Shown one piece after another: positions 1 through 11,620 of a DNA stretch of 64,000 bases (the stretch's first letter is position 1; each line of letters opens with the position of its first letter). Below the pieces are notes generated by a model, which was not told the origin of the DNA, ran no database searches, and saw nothing but the letters and a program-made list of their open reading frames with translations. The position numbers and the translations under genes were made by a program. Source of the DNA: Octopus vulgaris (Eukaryota); contig OX597824.1 of the NCBI GenBank assembly GCA_951406725.2, forward strand, positions 14,384,001-14,448,000, given 5' to 3'.

Positions 1-315
1 CGACCCCAGGACTTATTCTTTGGAAACCTAGTACTTATTCTATTTGTCTCTTTTGCCGAACCGCTAAGTTACGGGGACGTAAACACACCAGCATCGGTTG
101 TCAAGCGATGTTGGGAGGACAAACACAGACACACAAACATATACACACACACACACACATATATATATGTGTATATATATAGGTATGTGTGTGTATATAT
201 ATGTATATATATATGTGTGTGTATATATATGTGTGTGTGTATATATATATGTGTGTGTATATATATGTGTGTGTGTATATATATATGTATGTGTATATAC
301 ATATGTATATATATA

Positions 316-348
<33 letters not shown>

Positions 349-461
349 GTGAATGTAAGCCCATCAGTTTGTGTCGTTATATATATATATATATATATAT
401 ACATACATACACATATATACACACATATATGGTGGGCGAATGATGATGATGATGATGATAT

Positions 462-503
<42 letters not shown>

Positions 504-984
504 ACCTTTCAGTTTCTGTCTACCAAATCCACTCACAAGGGTTTGGTCGGCCCGAGGCTATAGTAGAAGACATTTGACCATGGTGCCACGCAGTGGGACT
601 GAACCCGGAACCTTGTGGTTGGTAAGCAAGCTACTTACCACACAGCCACTCATATGCCTGGATATGTGTAAAAGAATGCAATGTATGGAAAACAGGTGAG
701 AAGTAAAAGGCACAGGTGAAAGAATGCAATGTGAGGCAAACAAAAGAGAGAAAAACCACTGCCATCCTTTTAGCCATCCTAACATCATAATAGAGTGCAA
801 CTGATGAGATGAGGAAGTGAGCAAGAGATGAGTAATAAGAGTACAGGAGCAGGGAAGAAGAGCAAGAGAAATGAAGGTAAGCGCAAAAGGGACACAGGTG
901 ATAAAAGTGGGAACAATAGACAAATGAATAGAAATTTGTAATGTGAGGGGTAAGATGCAGAAAGGTGAGTGATATGGGCCTTAA

Positions 985-1203
985 CCCTTTAGTATTTAAA
1001 CCGGCCATACCCGGCCAAAATAGCTAATCTGTTTTATGTTCAAACTGACCAGATCCAGGCTCTCGCACCTACCCTACAATGTTATTCTACATTAAATAAT
1101 TACACCATCATGATCTTGAAGATATTAGATAATGCATGATTAATTCAAATCAATGGGAATCAATAGGCATTATGTTTGATAGAATAATCTGAACGCTAAA
1201 GGG
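985..1203. mobile_element. piggyBac-type MITE (TTAA target)
   Basis: ttaa|ccctttag … ctaaaggg|ttaa. Related partial copies at ~2665-2838 and ~59945-60156. Confidence 0.75.
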
Positions 1204-1626
1204 TTAAAGGAGTGAGGGGCTCTCAAGAGACAAATAATAGAAACCAGCAGGCATTAGACAGACATGTATGCATACATACACACTTATATATATATACAGG
1301 GAACAGATTTTCTTTCAGATATATTAAAAAACCCAACTCACTTCCAGTTTGATCTTTTTTATTTGTTTTTTTGTTTCTGTGTTTCCTTATATGACTAGGG
1401 TCATCTGAACAGCATCATAGGTCCCTGAGCATATCAATGCACTGGGCCCTATTTCTTTATGGACAGCAAACCACAACATACATCATCATCGTTCAGCATC
1501 CATTTTCCATTCTGGCATGGGCTGGATGGTTTAAAGGAGCTGGCCTGCCGGGAGCTGTCCACACTCCAATTGTCTGTTGTGGCAGAACCCCTAGAATTGT
1601 GAGGCCCCTGAGAATTGTGAGAATTT

Positions 1627-2030
1627 AAGGCAGTGAGCTGGCAGAAACATTAGCACACTGGGTGAAATGCTGAGCGGTATTTCATCTGCCAATACGTTCT
1701 GAGTTCAAATTCTGCTGAGGTCAACTTTGCCTTTCATCCTTTCAGGGTCAATTAAATAAGTACCAGTTACGCACTGGGGTCGATATAATCGACTTAATCC
1801 GTTTGTCTGTCCTTGTTTGTCGTCTCTGTGTTTAGCCCTTTGTGGGTAGTAAAGAAATAGGTATTTTGTCTGCTGCTACGTTCTGAGTTCAAATTCCGCC
1901 GAGGTCGACTTTGCCTTTCATCCTTTCAGATTTGACAAAATAAGTACCAGTTACGCACTGAGGTCGATATAATCGACTTAATCTGTTTGTCCCCTCTGTG
2001 TGTAGCCACTTGTGGGCAGTAAAGAAATAA
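1627..2030 (+). mobile_element. Family-B SINE dimer
   Basis: Head plus two bodies with junction aagaaataggtattt. Other copies: ~3031-3336, 18300-18510, 31811-32205, 35605-36012, 57694-57925 (+); 40337-40565, 45690-45915, 56830-57065 (-). Confidence 0.85.
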
Positions 2031-3615
2031 GAATCGAGAGGCCCCTGAGCAAATCAGTGCTCTGAGCCCAGTTGTATTTATTTACTGACAGCAAACTGCA
2101 ACATACATAGATCAAATTGGGCCCATAGATCTATGAGGTTACTGAGAACGGCACTGTACAAGTTTATTTGGAACAATAAAATTCCTAGATTCGTTCCAGC
2201 TAATGGCCAGCCTCATCAGTTTCTGTACTCTTCCTGCTGTATTGAGTGACTTATATAACTCTTTCGCATTCAGATTACTCTGCCAACTGCAATGATTATG
2301 AATTCACATGAAAAAATCAAATGGGAATTGTAGTTGTGATACCTGTGCTGGTGGCACGCAAAAAGCACCATCCGAATGTGGCTGATGCCAGTGGCGCCTT
2401 GACTGGCTTCTGTGCTGGTGGCACGCAAAAGGCACCAACCGATCGTGGCCGTTGCCAGACTCCCCTGGCACCTGTGCTGGTGGCACGTAAAAAGCACCCA
2501 CTACATTCACAGAGTGGTTGGCGTTAAGAAGGGCATCCAGCTGTAGAAACACTGCCAGATCAGACTGGAACCTGGTGCAGCCTGCTGGCTTCCCAGACCC
2601 TGGTCGAACTGTCCAACCCATGCTAGCATGGAAAACGGACGTTAAATGATGATGATGAAGATGATTGTTTTGAATTAATTATGCATTAATTTCATACTTT
2701 TGAGATTTCAATGGTGTGATAGTTTATTTCTAGAATTACATTGTAGGGTAGGTGTGAGTGGCCAAATCCGGCCAGTTTGAATATAAGATATGTAGAATAT
2801 TTGGGCCGAATATGGCCTGTTTAAAGTCTAAAGGGTTAAACAAATTTTACTGCTAGAGGTTCCGTGTCCTCAAGCCTGCACTTTAGTTATTAGGGTTATC
2901 ATGTTTTGACGTGCTGTCTGTGTGATTATTTTAAGCTTCCTGTTATGAAGAGTATTAATTCCCTAATTAATCATCTATTTTTATGGGGAATTCTATACAG
3001 TAATGGAAGCAAGTCTGTCTGTGAGAATTTAAGGCGGCAAGCTGGCAGAAACGTTAGCACGCCGGGCAAAATGCGTAGCCTATTTCGTCTGCCGTTACGT
3101 TCTGAGTTCAAATTCCGCCGAGGTCAACTTTGCCTTTCATCCTTTTGAGGTCGATAAATTAAGTACCAGTTACGCACTGGGGTCGATGTAATCGACTTAA
3201 TCCATTTGTCTGTCCTTGTTTGTCCTCTCTGTGTTTAGCCCCTTGTGGGTAGTAAAGAAATAGGTATTTCGTCTGCCGCTACGCTCCGAGTTCAAATTCC
3301 GCCGAGGTCAACTTTGCCTTTCATCCTTTTGGGGTCTTGAATGTTACCGACATGGAAATACCATGAGCGACTTATGAATTTCCAGACCTTTGTCTGGATT
3401 TGAAGTTAACAGTAGTTGCCCTTACACCCTGGAACTGCAATAAATTTATGAATCTACACAAATATATATATAAACGCATATATATATATATAAAAATGCG
3501 GAAGGCTATTTTTAATATATACTGCTCTACATCTTAGAGTGTGCTTCTTTCGGATTTGTTTTTTTTTTTACAAACGATACATATGTACATATTACACACA
3601 CACACACATATATAA

Positions 3616-3799
3616 TACTACTTAAGAACAGAGGTCCCGTTGCGCGCACTCGCGCTAGTTAGTCATGACTAGTCGATCCTTACTTTGTGTTTTTGTGTTT
3701 TATTTACTTTGCTAGGTAGTCGTTGTGGGATCAACTAGTCACGACTAGCTAGCATGGGTGTGCGAGTACGCGCACCGAGACCATTGTTCTTATGTAGTA
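3616..3799. repeat. Imperfect CpG-rich inverted repeat, possible MITE or structured RNA
   Basis: tactacttaagaacagaggtcccgttgcgcgcactcgc…gactagtcgatcc pairs with ggatcaactagtc…gcgagtacgcgcaccgagaccattgttcttatgtagta; TA at both ends. Confidence 0.8.
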
Positions 3800-4039
3800 C
3801 CCACACACACACACACACATATATACATACACACACTTTTATGCTTACACACATACATACACGCACATATATATACATACACACACGTGTATGTGTGTGA
3901 GTACATATATCTACATCCACCAATCCATCGTGTACCATCATTCTTTTACGTCCGCTTTCCGCGTTGGCGTGGGTCGAACGGGTTGTACCTACTCGGGGTA
4001 GGCGCGAGCGTGCGCCTATATACGCAAGAGCATGCATGC

Positions 4040-4110
<71 letters not shown>

Positions 4111-4534
4111 TTAATATATAGATCCGCATTAATCTATATATATATACAAAAAAGGGGACGAAGAAAAGAAGAATAAGAACAAAAACTCAAGAAAGACAAG
4201 GGACAGAGATAATGAGAACCAGAAATGAATAAATAAACAGTTCTTTTTAATACTATACTTAGTTTTATCAGGATTGACCGGGGGCTACACAGCAACAATT
4301 AACATGGCTTTAATCCCCCAACGACAAGTGGGAGTCGGTCGCGAGTTAAGCTTGTGGTCAGTGGTGCATGTTGACCAGTAAATGTTGTGACGCCCCAAGT
4401 TAAAAATGCTACACTTCACCTTTGAACTTTACATTCGAGGTTGTTTGACCTGCCGTGAAAAAAAAAAAACAAAAAAAAAACCCCAGCGAAATCCCTCAGA
4501 AACTACACCCTACCATCTTACAAAAAAAATATAC

Positions 4535-4589
<55 letters not shown>

Positions 4590-4621
4590 TTTATTTTAAG
4601 CAGCAGAAAATTCAACAAAAT

Positions 4622-4659
4622 CTGTTACTCTGAGTTTCTCGTTGCCGTTCATCAGACAG
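4622..4659 (-). ncRNA. Minimal type-I hammerhead ribozyme motif in a Penelope-like fragment
   Basis: Minus strand: ctgt-CTGATGA-acggcaacga-GAAA-ctcagag-TA-acag; fragment embedded in (TA)n. Confidence 0.65.
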
Positions 4660-4844
4660 TTTTTGCTAGAATATATATATATATATATAATATGCACACA
4701 TACATATACCGTATGAACATGCATACGGATAATAGTAGTCTTGATGTCTGGAAATAAAAGACGGAAGGGTCGTAGTTGGAACGCTTTCATCACATGTCTA
4801 GTCAATCAGGTTTGACCTGGAGCTTAACAACAACCGCCACTCAC

Positions 4845-4970
4845 CTCATCTTCACCGACTTCTTTTATTTTTAACGCCACTTTCAATTTATAAGGGTGAC
4901 CCGACACCAATCTCTTTTAGTCTATCTTGCGCTCCCCTCTTTCATTTCTTCATCTCTCGTCCTCTCCTTC

Positions 4971-5003
<33 letters not shown>

Positions 5004-5261
5004 ATCTACCAATCTGCTGTTATAGTTATCTTCTCTCTTCCTCTCGTACCTTCCTATGTTGTGGTGCTCCCCTCTCTCATCTCTTCATCTTACTCGTCGT
5101 GCTCACCTTCTCCCTTTCGTCTCCTTTGACCCCTTATACGGCTTTTTGCACCCCCTCCGCCGTCGTTAAATATTGCTATCTATCAGCCCTTTGAACTCTA
5201 CATCTGTAGTCCTATCCTTCTCCGATTTGTCCCTGTATATTGTCTCTCCTGTCCACGCTTA

Positions 5262-5292
<31 letters not shown>

Positions 5293-5500
5293 AACGACGC
5301 TTAGATCTATCGATCTTATTTCGTATCTACATTCAAGGTGTTGCTAGTTATATATTGCACCACTACAGAGAAAGATTTTTATTGGTTAAGTCTGGTTTGT
5401 AGGTTTCGTTATGTGTATGTGTGTGTGGTAGGTGGGTTTGGCCCGTTAGCCGGGTGTTTGCATTCGACCCGGGTACTCGTCACAGACAAGAATATTTGCT
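4845..5500 (-). promoter_or_regulatory. Candidate second first exon/promoter ending in ATGAG|GTGAGT
   Basis: Consensus donor AG|GTGAGT (intron starts 4844) right after an ATG at 4849-4847. Upstream is a GA-rich tract and CpG-retaining unique DNA, the same layout as the THAP exon. Confidence 0.45.
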
Positions 5501-6489
5501 TACACTATCCAGCGACAAACATCATTTACAAAAATATCGGCTGAAACAGACAGATAAGAAGATTGCATAGTCAGCCTCTCTCTCTCTCTCTCTCCCCACA
5601 CACACATACACACACCTGCTGATTGATGTCTATAAATTCATTAAATATGAGTGGTCGGTTTAAAGGGGGAAATGTCTATAACAGAGGAGTTACGGAAGAG
5701 AAAGAGAGGAGGACAGCTATAAATGAAGGAATAAATTATCAAATAGAAATAAATATGAGACTGTATGACAGTGAGTGTGTCAGAGCAAAGAATAGACATT
5801 GTATGTGTGTGTGTGTGTGTGTGTGTGACAGAGAGAGAGACAGACAGACGTAATGAGTGAGTGTTCACCTGTCAATATGGAAGGGGAGAAGGAAATAGTC
5901 CCGGAAGAGACAACACTTCTAGCAACAACAAAATGTCTCGAGCCAACAAATATTGCCTCTATGGTTAGTCTGACCCGCTAGAAATAGCAGCCAAACCTCC
6001 CTTAAATCAAACCTGACAGCATTAAAAAAGGGAAAAAAATGAATGACACATTGGATAATGGTAGTTCTAGATATTCTATGACTGAACTACACAGGCTGGT
6101 CTCAGCAGGAACGTTTTTCCACCTTTATTCTACTCTATCTGGGCTCAATGACAGCAGCAGCAATAGATATGTCTGAAAGCCTGGAGAGCAAGAAAAAAGA
6201 AATTCAAGATGTTGGCTGAGAAGACAGAGTAACATCCATTTAATTCTATGGTTTCACGGTTGGTTGAATTTAGAACTGTGCATGAGGTATTGGAACAAAC
6301 ACAAGCTTCTCTCTGCCTTTTTCTGTTACTCCAACGTCCTGATGGTAGTAACAGAAGTAACAATGCTGTGTCTGCTGAGGCTGGAATGGCTTAGAGAACA
6401 CAGCATGGCCAGATGTCAAGGTCCCAGGTTCAACATCAATACAGGGCATCTTAGGCAAGTGGCTTTTTCACCATTTCCTTTTCACCAGT

Positions 6490-6945
6490 CGGGAGGAACT
6501 GACATCAAATATGTTCAGACGGTGCTTTTCACGTGCCACCAGCACAGGAGCCAGTCAGGTGGCACTGGCATCGACCACATTCAGATGGTGCTTTTTACGT
6601 GGCACCGGTACAGGAGCCAGTCAGGTGGCACTGGCATCGACCACATTCAGATGATGCTTTTTACGTGGCACCGGTACAGGAGCCAGTCAGGTGGCACTGG
6701 CTTTGGTCACATTTGGATGGTGCATTTTATGTGCCACCGGCACAGGAGCCAGTCAGATGGCACTGGCATCGACCACATTCAGATGGTGCTTTTTACGTGG
6801 CACCGGTACAGGAGCCAGTCACGAGGCACTGGCTTTGGTCACATTTGGATGGTGCATTTTATGTGCCACCGGCACGGGAGTCAGTCAAGGGGCACTGGCC
6901 TTGACCACATTCAGATGATGCTTTTTACGTGCCACCAGCATAGTC
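6490..6945. repeat. 66-bp minisatellite, ~7 units, derived from family-C subrepeat
   Basis: ggcactggc recurs at 6561, 6627, 6693 and onward. Confidence 0.9.
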
Positions 6946-7714
6946 ATGTGAACGAAATTGAAGAGACAGAAATAGTGCAGGAGCCTCTTCCCTTACACAA
7001 CCTTTTCCATGGTTTGGGTGGTTTTTGACAGGAGCTGGCAAACCAGAGGACTGTTCCTGTTTTGCTAGGTTTCTTTGTTTGGGTGGTTCTTATTGGCATG
7101 TCGGGCAGTTCCTGTGTAGGGATCGGTGGATTCTATCGGGCTCGGTTGGCAATGCTTGGTATGCTATGACCCATGTCAGTGGTGAATGGAGACCTGGTGG
7201 GTTGTAGAGACTTGCTGCTTTTTGCGACGGGTGGATACACCACCGGGGATGTCTGGTATGCTATGACCTGCTCGTCTCAGTTGAGGCCCGGTACGTTATG
7301 GCCTGCTGTTCACAGCAAGTGGAATCACCACCGGGTTTTGGCATGGTTTTTATGGCTAGATACCCTTCCTAATGCCAACCACCTCAAAGAGTGTATTGGG
7401 TGCTTTTTACATGGTGCCAGCACAGGTGCTTTTTACATGGAGCCAGAACAGGTGTTTTTATGTGGCACTAGTACAGATGTTCTTTAAGGAATGCTCAACC
7501 AATTACACATTAAATCAATCAATCAATCAATCATCAGAGTTGATCAAACAACTGAATCCTTATCACTGAAACCAAAGAAGACCCTTTTTACTAAGGCACT
7601 TATCCAGTAAAAGTGTCACATTTTACACACCAATGGCCATCTTCAGTTTACTGTCTATCCAGACATTCTGATTTCAAATTGAGTAAGAATAGACTCAAAA
7701 TATTTATAATTCTT

Positions 7715-7777
<63 letters not shown>

Positions 7778-9530
7778 CAGAATCGAAATCAAACTCAATT
7801 GCGAAGATCTGTTGAGGCAAGTGAAATCGAAATCAAACTCCGTGACTGGCATCCATTGCTAGTGGAGCGCTAAGAGTATCATACGAGTGAGATCGTTGCC
7901 AGAGCAACAAGCTGGCCTCCGAGTCGATGGCACGTTAAAAACACCATTCGAGCGTGATCGTTACTTGCATCGCCTTACTAGCACTTGTGCTGGTGGCAGG
8001 TGAAAAAACATTAGAGCGAGGTTGTTGCCAGTGCCGCTAGACTGGCTCCTGTGCAGGTAGCATGTAAAAAGCACCATTTGAGCGTGGTTGTTGTCAGTAC
8101 CACCTAACTGGCCCTCATCCCAGTGGCACGTAAAAGCACCCACTACACTCTTGTGGTTGGCGTTAGGCAAGGGCATCCAGCTATAGAAACTCTGCCAGAT
8201 CAGATTGGAGTCTGGTTTGCCAGACCTCAGTCGAATTGTCCAACCCATGCTAGCATGGAAAGTGGACGTTAAATGATGATGATGATGAATCATTTAATAT
8301 CCACTCTTCATGCTGGAATGGGTTGGACACAATTCAACAGGATCCAATAAGTTAGAGAACCAAGTGTGCCTAGTCTTGTGACTAGATTTGGCAGATATGA
8401 ACTGAAAGAAGCTGGTCGTATATGTCTGTGTGTTTGTCCCCTGACAACCGATGCTGGTATATTTACAACCCCGTAACTTAGTGGTTCAGCAAAAAGAGAT
8501 CGATAATATAAGTACTAGGTCTTGGAGTGTCTGCAAAGGTTATGGGCTCTCTCTTTTTCCAGTCTCAGCAAGAAAAAAAAAATATTCATAGAATCAGTTA
8601 AGCCTTCAACCTATGCCAGCATGGAAAGCAGACATTAAACGTTGATGATGATGATGAACACTGCATGGCACCTTGGGCCAGTGTCCTCTACTATAGCCCC
8701 AGGATGACCAATGCCTTGCAAGTGGACTTGGTAGATGGAAACTGAAAGAAGCCCATCATGTGTGTGTGTTACTGTCTCTTTCCCTTTACATTGCATGATA
8801 CTCTCTCTCTCTCTCTTTTCTTTTTTACTTGTTTCAGTCATTTGACTGCGGCCATGCTGGAGCACCGCCTTTAGTCGAGCAAATCGACCCCGGGACTTAT
8901 TCTTTGTGAGCCCAGTACTTATTCTATCGGTCTCTTTTGCCGAACCGCTAAGTGACGGGACGTAAACACACCAGCATCAGCTGTCAAGCAATGCTAGAGG
9001 GACAAACACAGACACACAAACATATACACACACACACATATATGTATATATATATATATATCTATATATATATATATATATACGACAGGCTTCTTTCAGT
9101 TTCCGTCTACCAAATCCACTCACAAGGCTTTGGTCGGCCCGAGGCTATAGCAGAAGACATTTGCCCAAGATGCCATGCAGTGGGACTGAACCCGGAACCA
9201 TGTGGTTTGTAAGCAAGGTACTTACCACACAGCCACTCCTGCGCCTATGTTAGTTGTAAATGAGTGTCAATGTTTCCAGCATTCTGTGGAAATATATATG
9301 GCCATAGGATAATATTATCTTATTTGGAAACAGGAAGGGTACTGGCCACAGGAAATCTGCCTCAACAAATTTCATTCAATCCATATGAGCTTTCCATGCT
9401 GGCATGGGTGAGACAGTTTGATAGGTAATGTTCAGCCGGAGAGCTGTCCAATAGTGAAAGTAGTATATAATGATGTTTCATCTCTTCAGAAAATATGTAC
9501 TGGGATCAATTTATTCAACAAAACCCTTAA

Positions 9531-9751
9531 CCCTTTCGTTACTGTATTTATTTTGAGATGTTCTGTGTTTCTTTCAATTACTTTAAATATAACAAAGAAT
9601 TTAGTAAAATAACTTAGTTATCATTCAGCTAGTGTTAGGAATATAAACTGTGACTAAGGTTTGATGGAAGATTTTAATTGAAACCTTAAGAAAACAAGAC
9701 ATTTGTACTACAGAACCAGAGCCGGTTTCAGCCGGGTTGGTATCAAAAGGG
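9531..9751. mobile_element. piggyBac-type MITE, second family
   Basis: ttaa|ccctttcg … caaaaggg|ttaa. Related copies at 56653-56821, ~40140-40320 and ~63165. Confidence 0.7.
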
Positions 9752-10613
9752 TTAAAGGCAATGCCCCCAACACAGCCACAATCCAAAGACTGAAGCATAT
9801 TAAAAAAAAATATGCTGTTATGTCAAGTCAAGTTCTAACTGCTATTGGAACCGTATTACCTAGTAGAACCTGTCTCATGGTGAACAACTAAAAACCCCAA
9901 CCAACCAACCAACCAGCCACTTAGTTTACTGAATGAGGAAGGTGCAGAGTATGGATCAAGATTTTAAAACTTGCCAAAGGATGGAAGAGCTTCTTGCAGA
10001 GGAGCCAAAGATGAACAATAGCTAGAGGGAAGACAAGAGCCACCAGGATATTGCCTACCGAGGCACAACATTATGGAACATAAATGAGAATTGGTTGGCT
10101 CTTCATCATCAGCATCAGCATCATCATCATCTTAATGACCACTCTTACATGCTTGCATGGATCAGATGGAGTTGAGGCAGATTTTTTGACAGCCAGATGT
10201 CCTTCCTGTAACAAACCCTCATTTGTTTCCAAACCAAGTAATATTTCCCCCGTAGCCAGACATGTTTTTGCAGAATACTGGAAATGAATGACACTGACCG
10301 TATGACAGTGACAAACATTTCACAACGACCATACAATGGCAAGACAAGGAGACACAAATGCACACACACACATAGATATCATCATCATCATCATTTAACG
10401 TCTGTTTTCCATGCTAGCATGGGTTGGACGGTTCGACCGGGGTCTGGGAAGCCAGGAGGCTGCACCAGGCTCCAGTCTGATCTGGCAGTGTTTCTACAGC
10501 TGGATGCCTTTCCTAATGCCAACCACGCCGTGAGTGTAGTGGATGCTTTTTACGTGCCGCCGGCACAGGTGCCAGGGGAGGCTGGCAACGGCCACAATGA
10601 GTTAATATATCTA

Positions 10614-10950
10614 TTGGATCATCCCATAGATAATGTTTTTTTCAATTGCATAAAATAGAGGAGACCGAGGGGGAACACAATAAACTACCTACATCAATTT
10701 GCTATAAATCCAGGTATTAATTTCACCTTGGTCTTATTCTTAGTGCATGTTTTGAAGAGTGCAGTTCGATTTTAACAGTTATTTTTTCAAAGCTATAATG
10801 GAAGTGACAAAGGAGCATATTCAGCATATTTTGCTGAGTTCAATAAAGGCAACAACACAAGGGAGAGTGCAAGGAACATTAATGCAGTATATGGGAATAC
10901 GACAATAAGCGTAAGCCAGTATCAATGGTGGTTCCAGAAATTCTGAGCTG
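10614..10950 (+). mobile_element. 5' fragment of the same mariner family
   Basis: TA + ttggatcatcccatagataatg TIR; aligns with 29798-30125 through the N-terminal HTH region (…WWFQKF*). Confidence 0.85.
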
Positions 10951-11049
10951 AAATTTATTATTGTGTATCATTATAACATGATTTTATAGTCTGAGTATAT
11001 TGGAGTATTCCAATGGAAAATAATGTTATCCTTGTATTGTCCTTTTGTA

Positions 11050-11153
11050 CACCCTGATGATTTTCCACCCAAGGTATTTTAAAATGCAAAATTATATATT
11101 TATACATGCTTTGTAGTTTTAATTTTGGTTGTGAAATGAAACAATTGTAGGTG
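11050..11153 (+). ncRNA. Type-I hammerhead motif with long stem II
   Basis: cacc-CTGATGA-ttttccacccaa…ttggttgtgaaat-GAAA-caattg-TA-ggtg; palindromic helix III as in PLE hammerheads. Confidence 0.6.
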
Positions 11154-11233
11154 AAGATGTTAATTAATTAATAAATTAATTTGTATCCATTAGATCTCTC
11201 CGTTCTCAAACTTAATGATATTATACATATATA

Positions 11234-11620
11234 TCTATTATATCAAATCCATTCTGTCTGTCTGTGTGTGTGTCTTCTAGAATCTCAAGCATTCTCCATC
11301 CAATTGCGCTCAAATTTGATATGTAGATACCGATGGTATCAGGGCGTGTATAAGTCTTGAAAAACATTACAAAAATCAATTCCAGGTGAGAATGCGATCG
11401 TTAAAGCTGTGGGAACATGCATTTGTACGCACAAGTACATCAGCTGTTGCGATCGATACTACGCGTACGCGAGAAAAATGCACAGTGTCTCAAATTTAGG
11501 TTAAATCAGTGTTTCTCAAAGGGGAGGCCTATGGGACGGTTGGACAAGTTGTTTTGAGAAAATTTGGTTTAAATGTTTGACAACTCAGCACCGTCCATTG
11601 GATGGGGGGCATTTTGCTCG
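11234..11620 (+). mobile_element. Non-autonomous Helitron-like element
   Basis: 5' TC…ctgtctgtctg start; 3' hairpin ccgtccattggatgg followed by ctcg|t (CTAG-like). A second copy lies at 53157-53719. Confidence 0.7.

Noticed and set aside
69-577. Long YI/HT/CV-rich ORFs here and at many other sites
   Set aside because: Translations of (TA)n/(TG)n microsatellites inside SINEs.
6264-7028. 254-aa ORF with 22-aa repeats
   Set aside because: Produced by the 66-bp SINE-derived minisatellite; open in several frames, with no splice or homology support.
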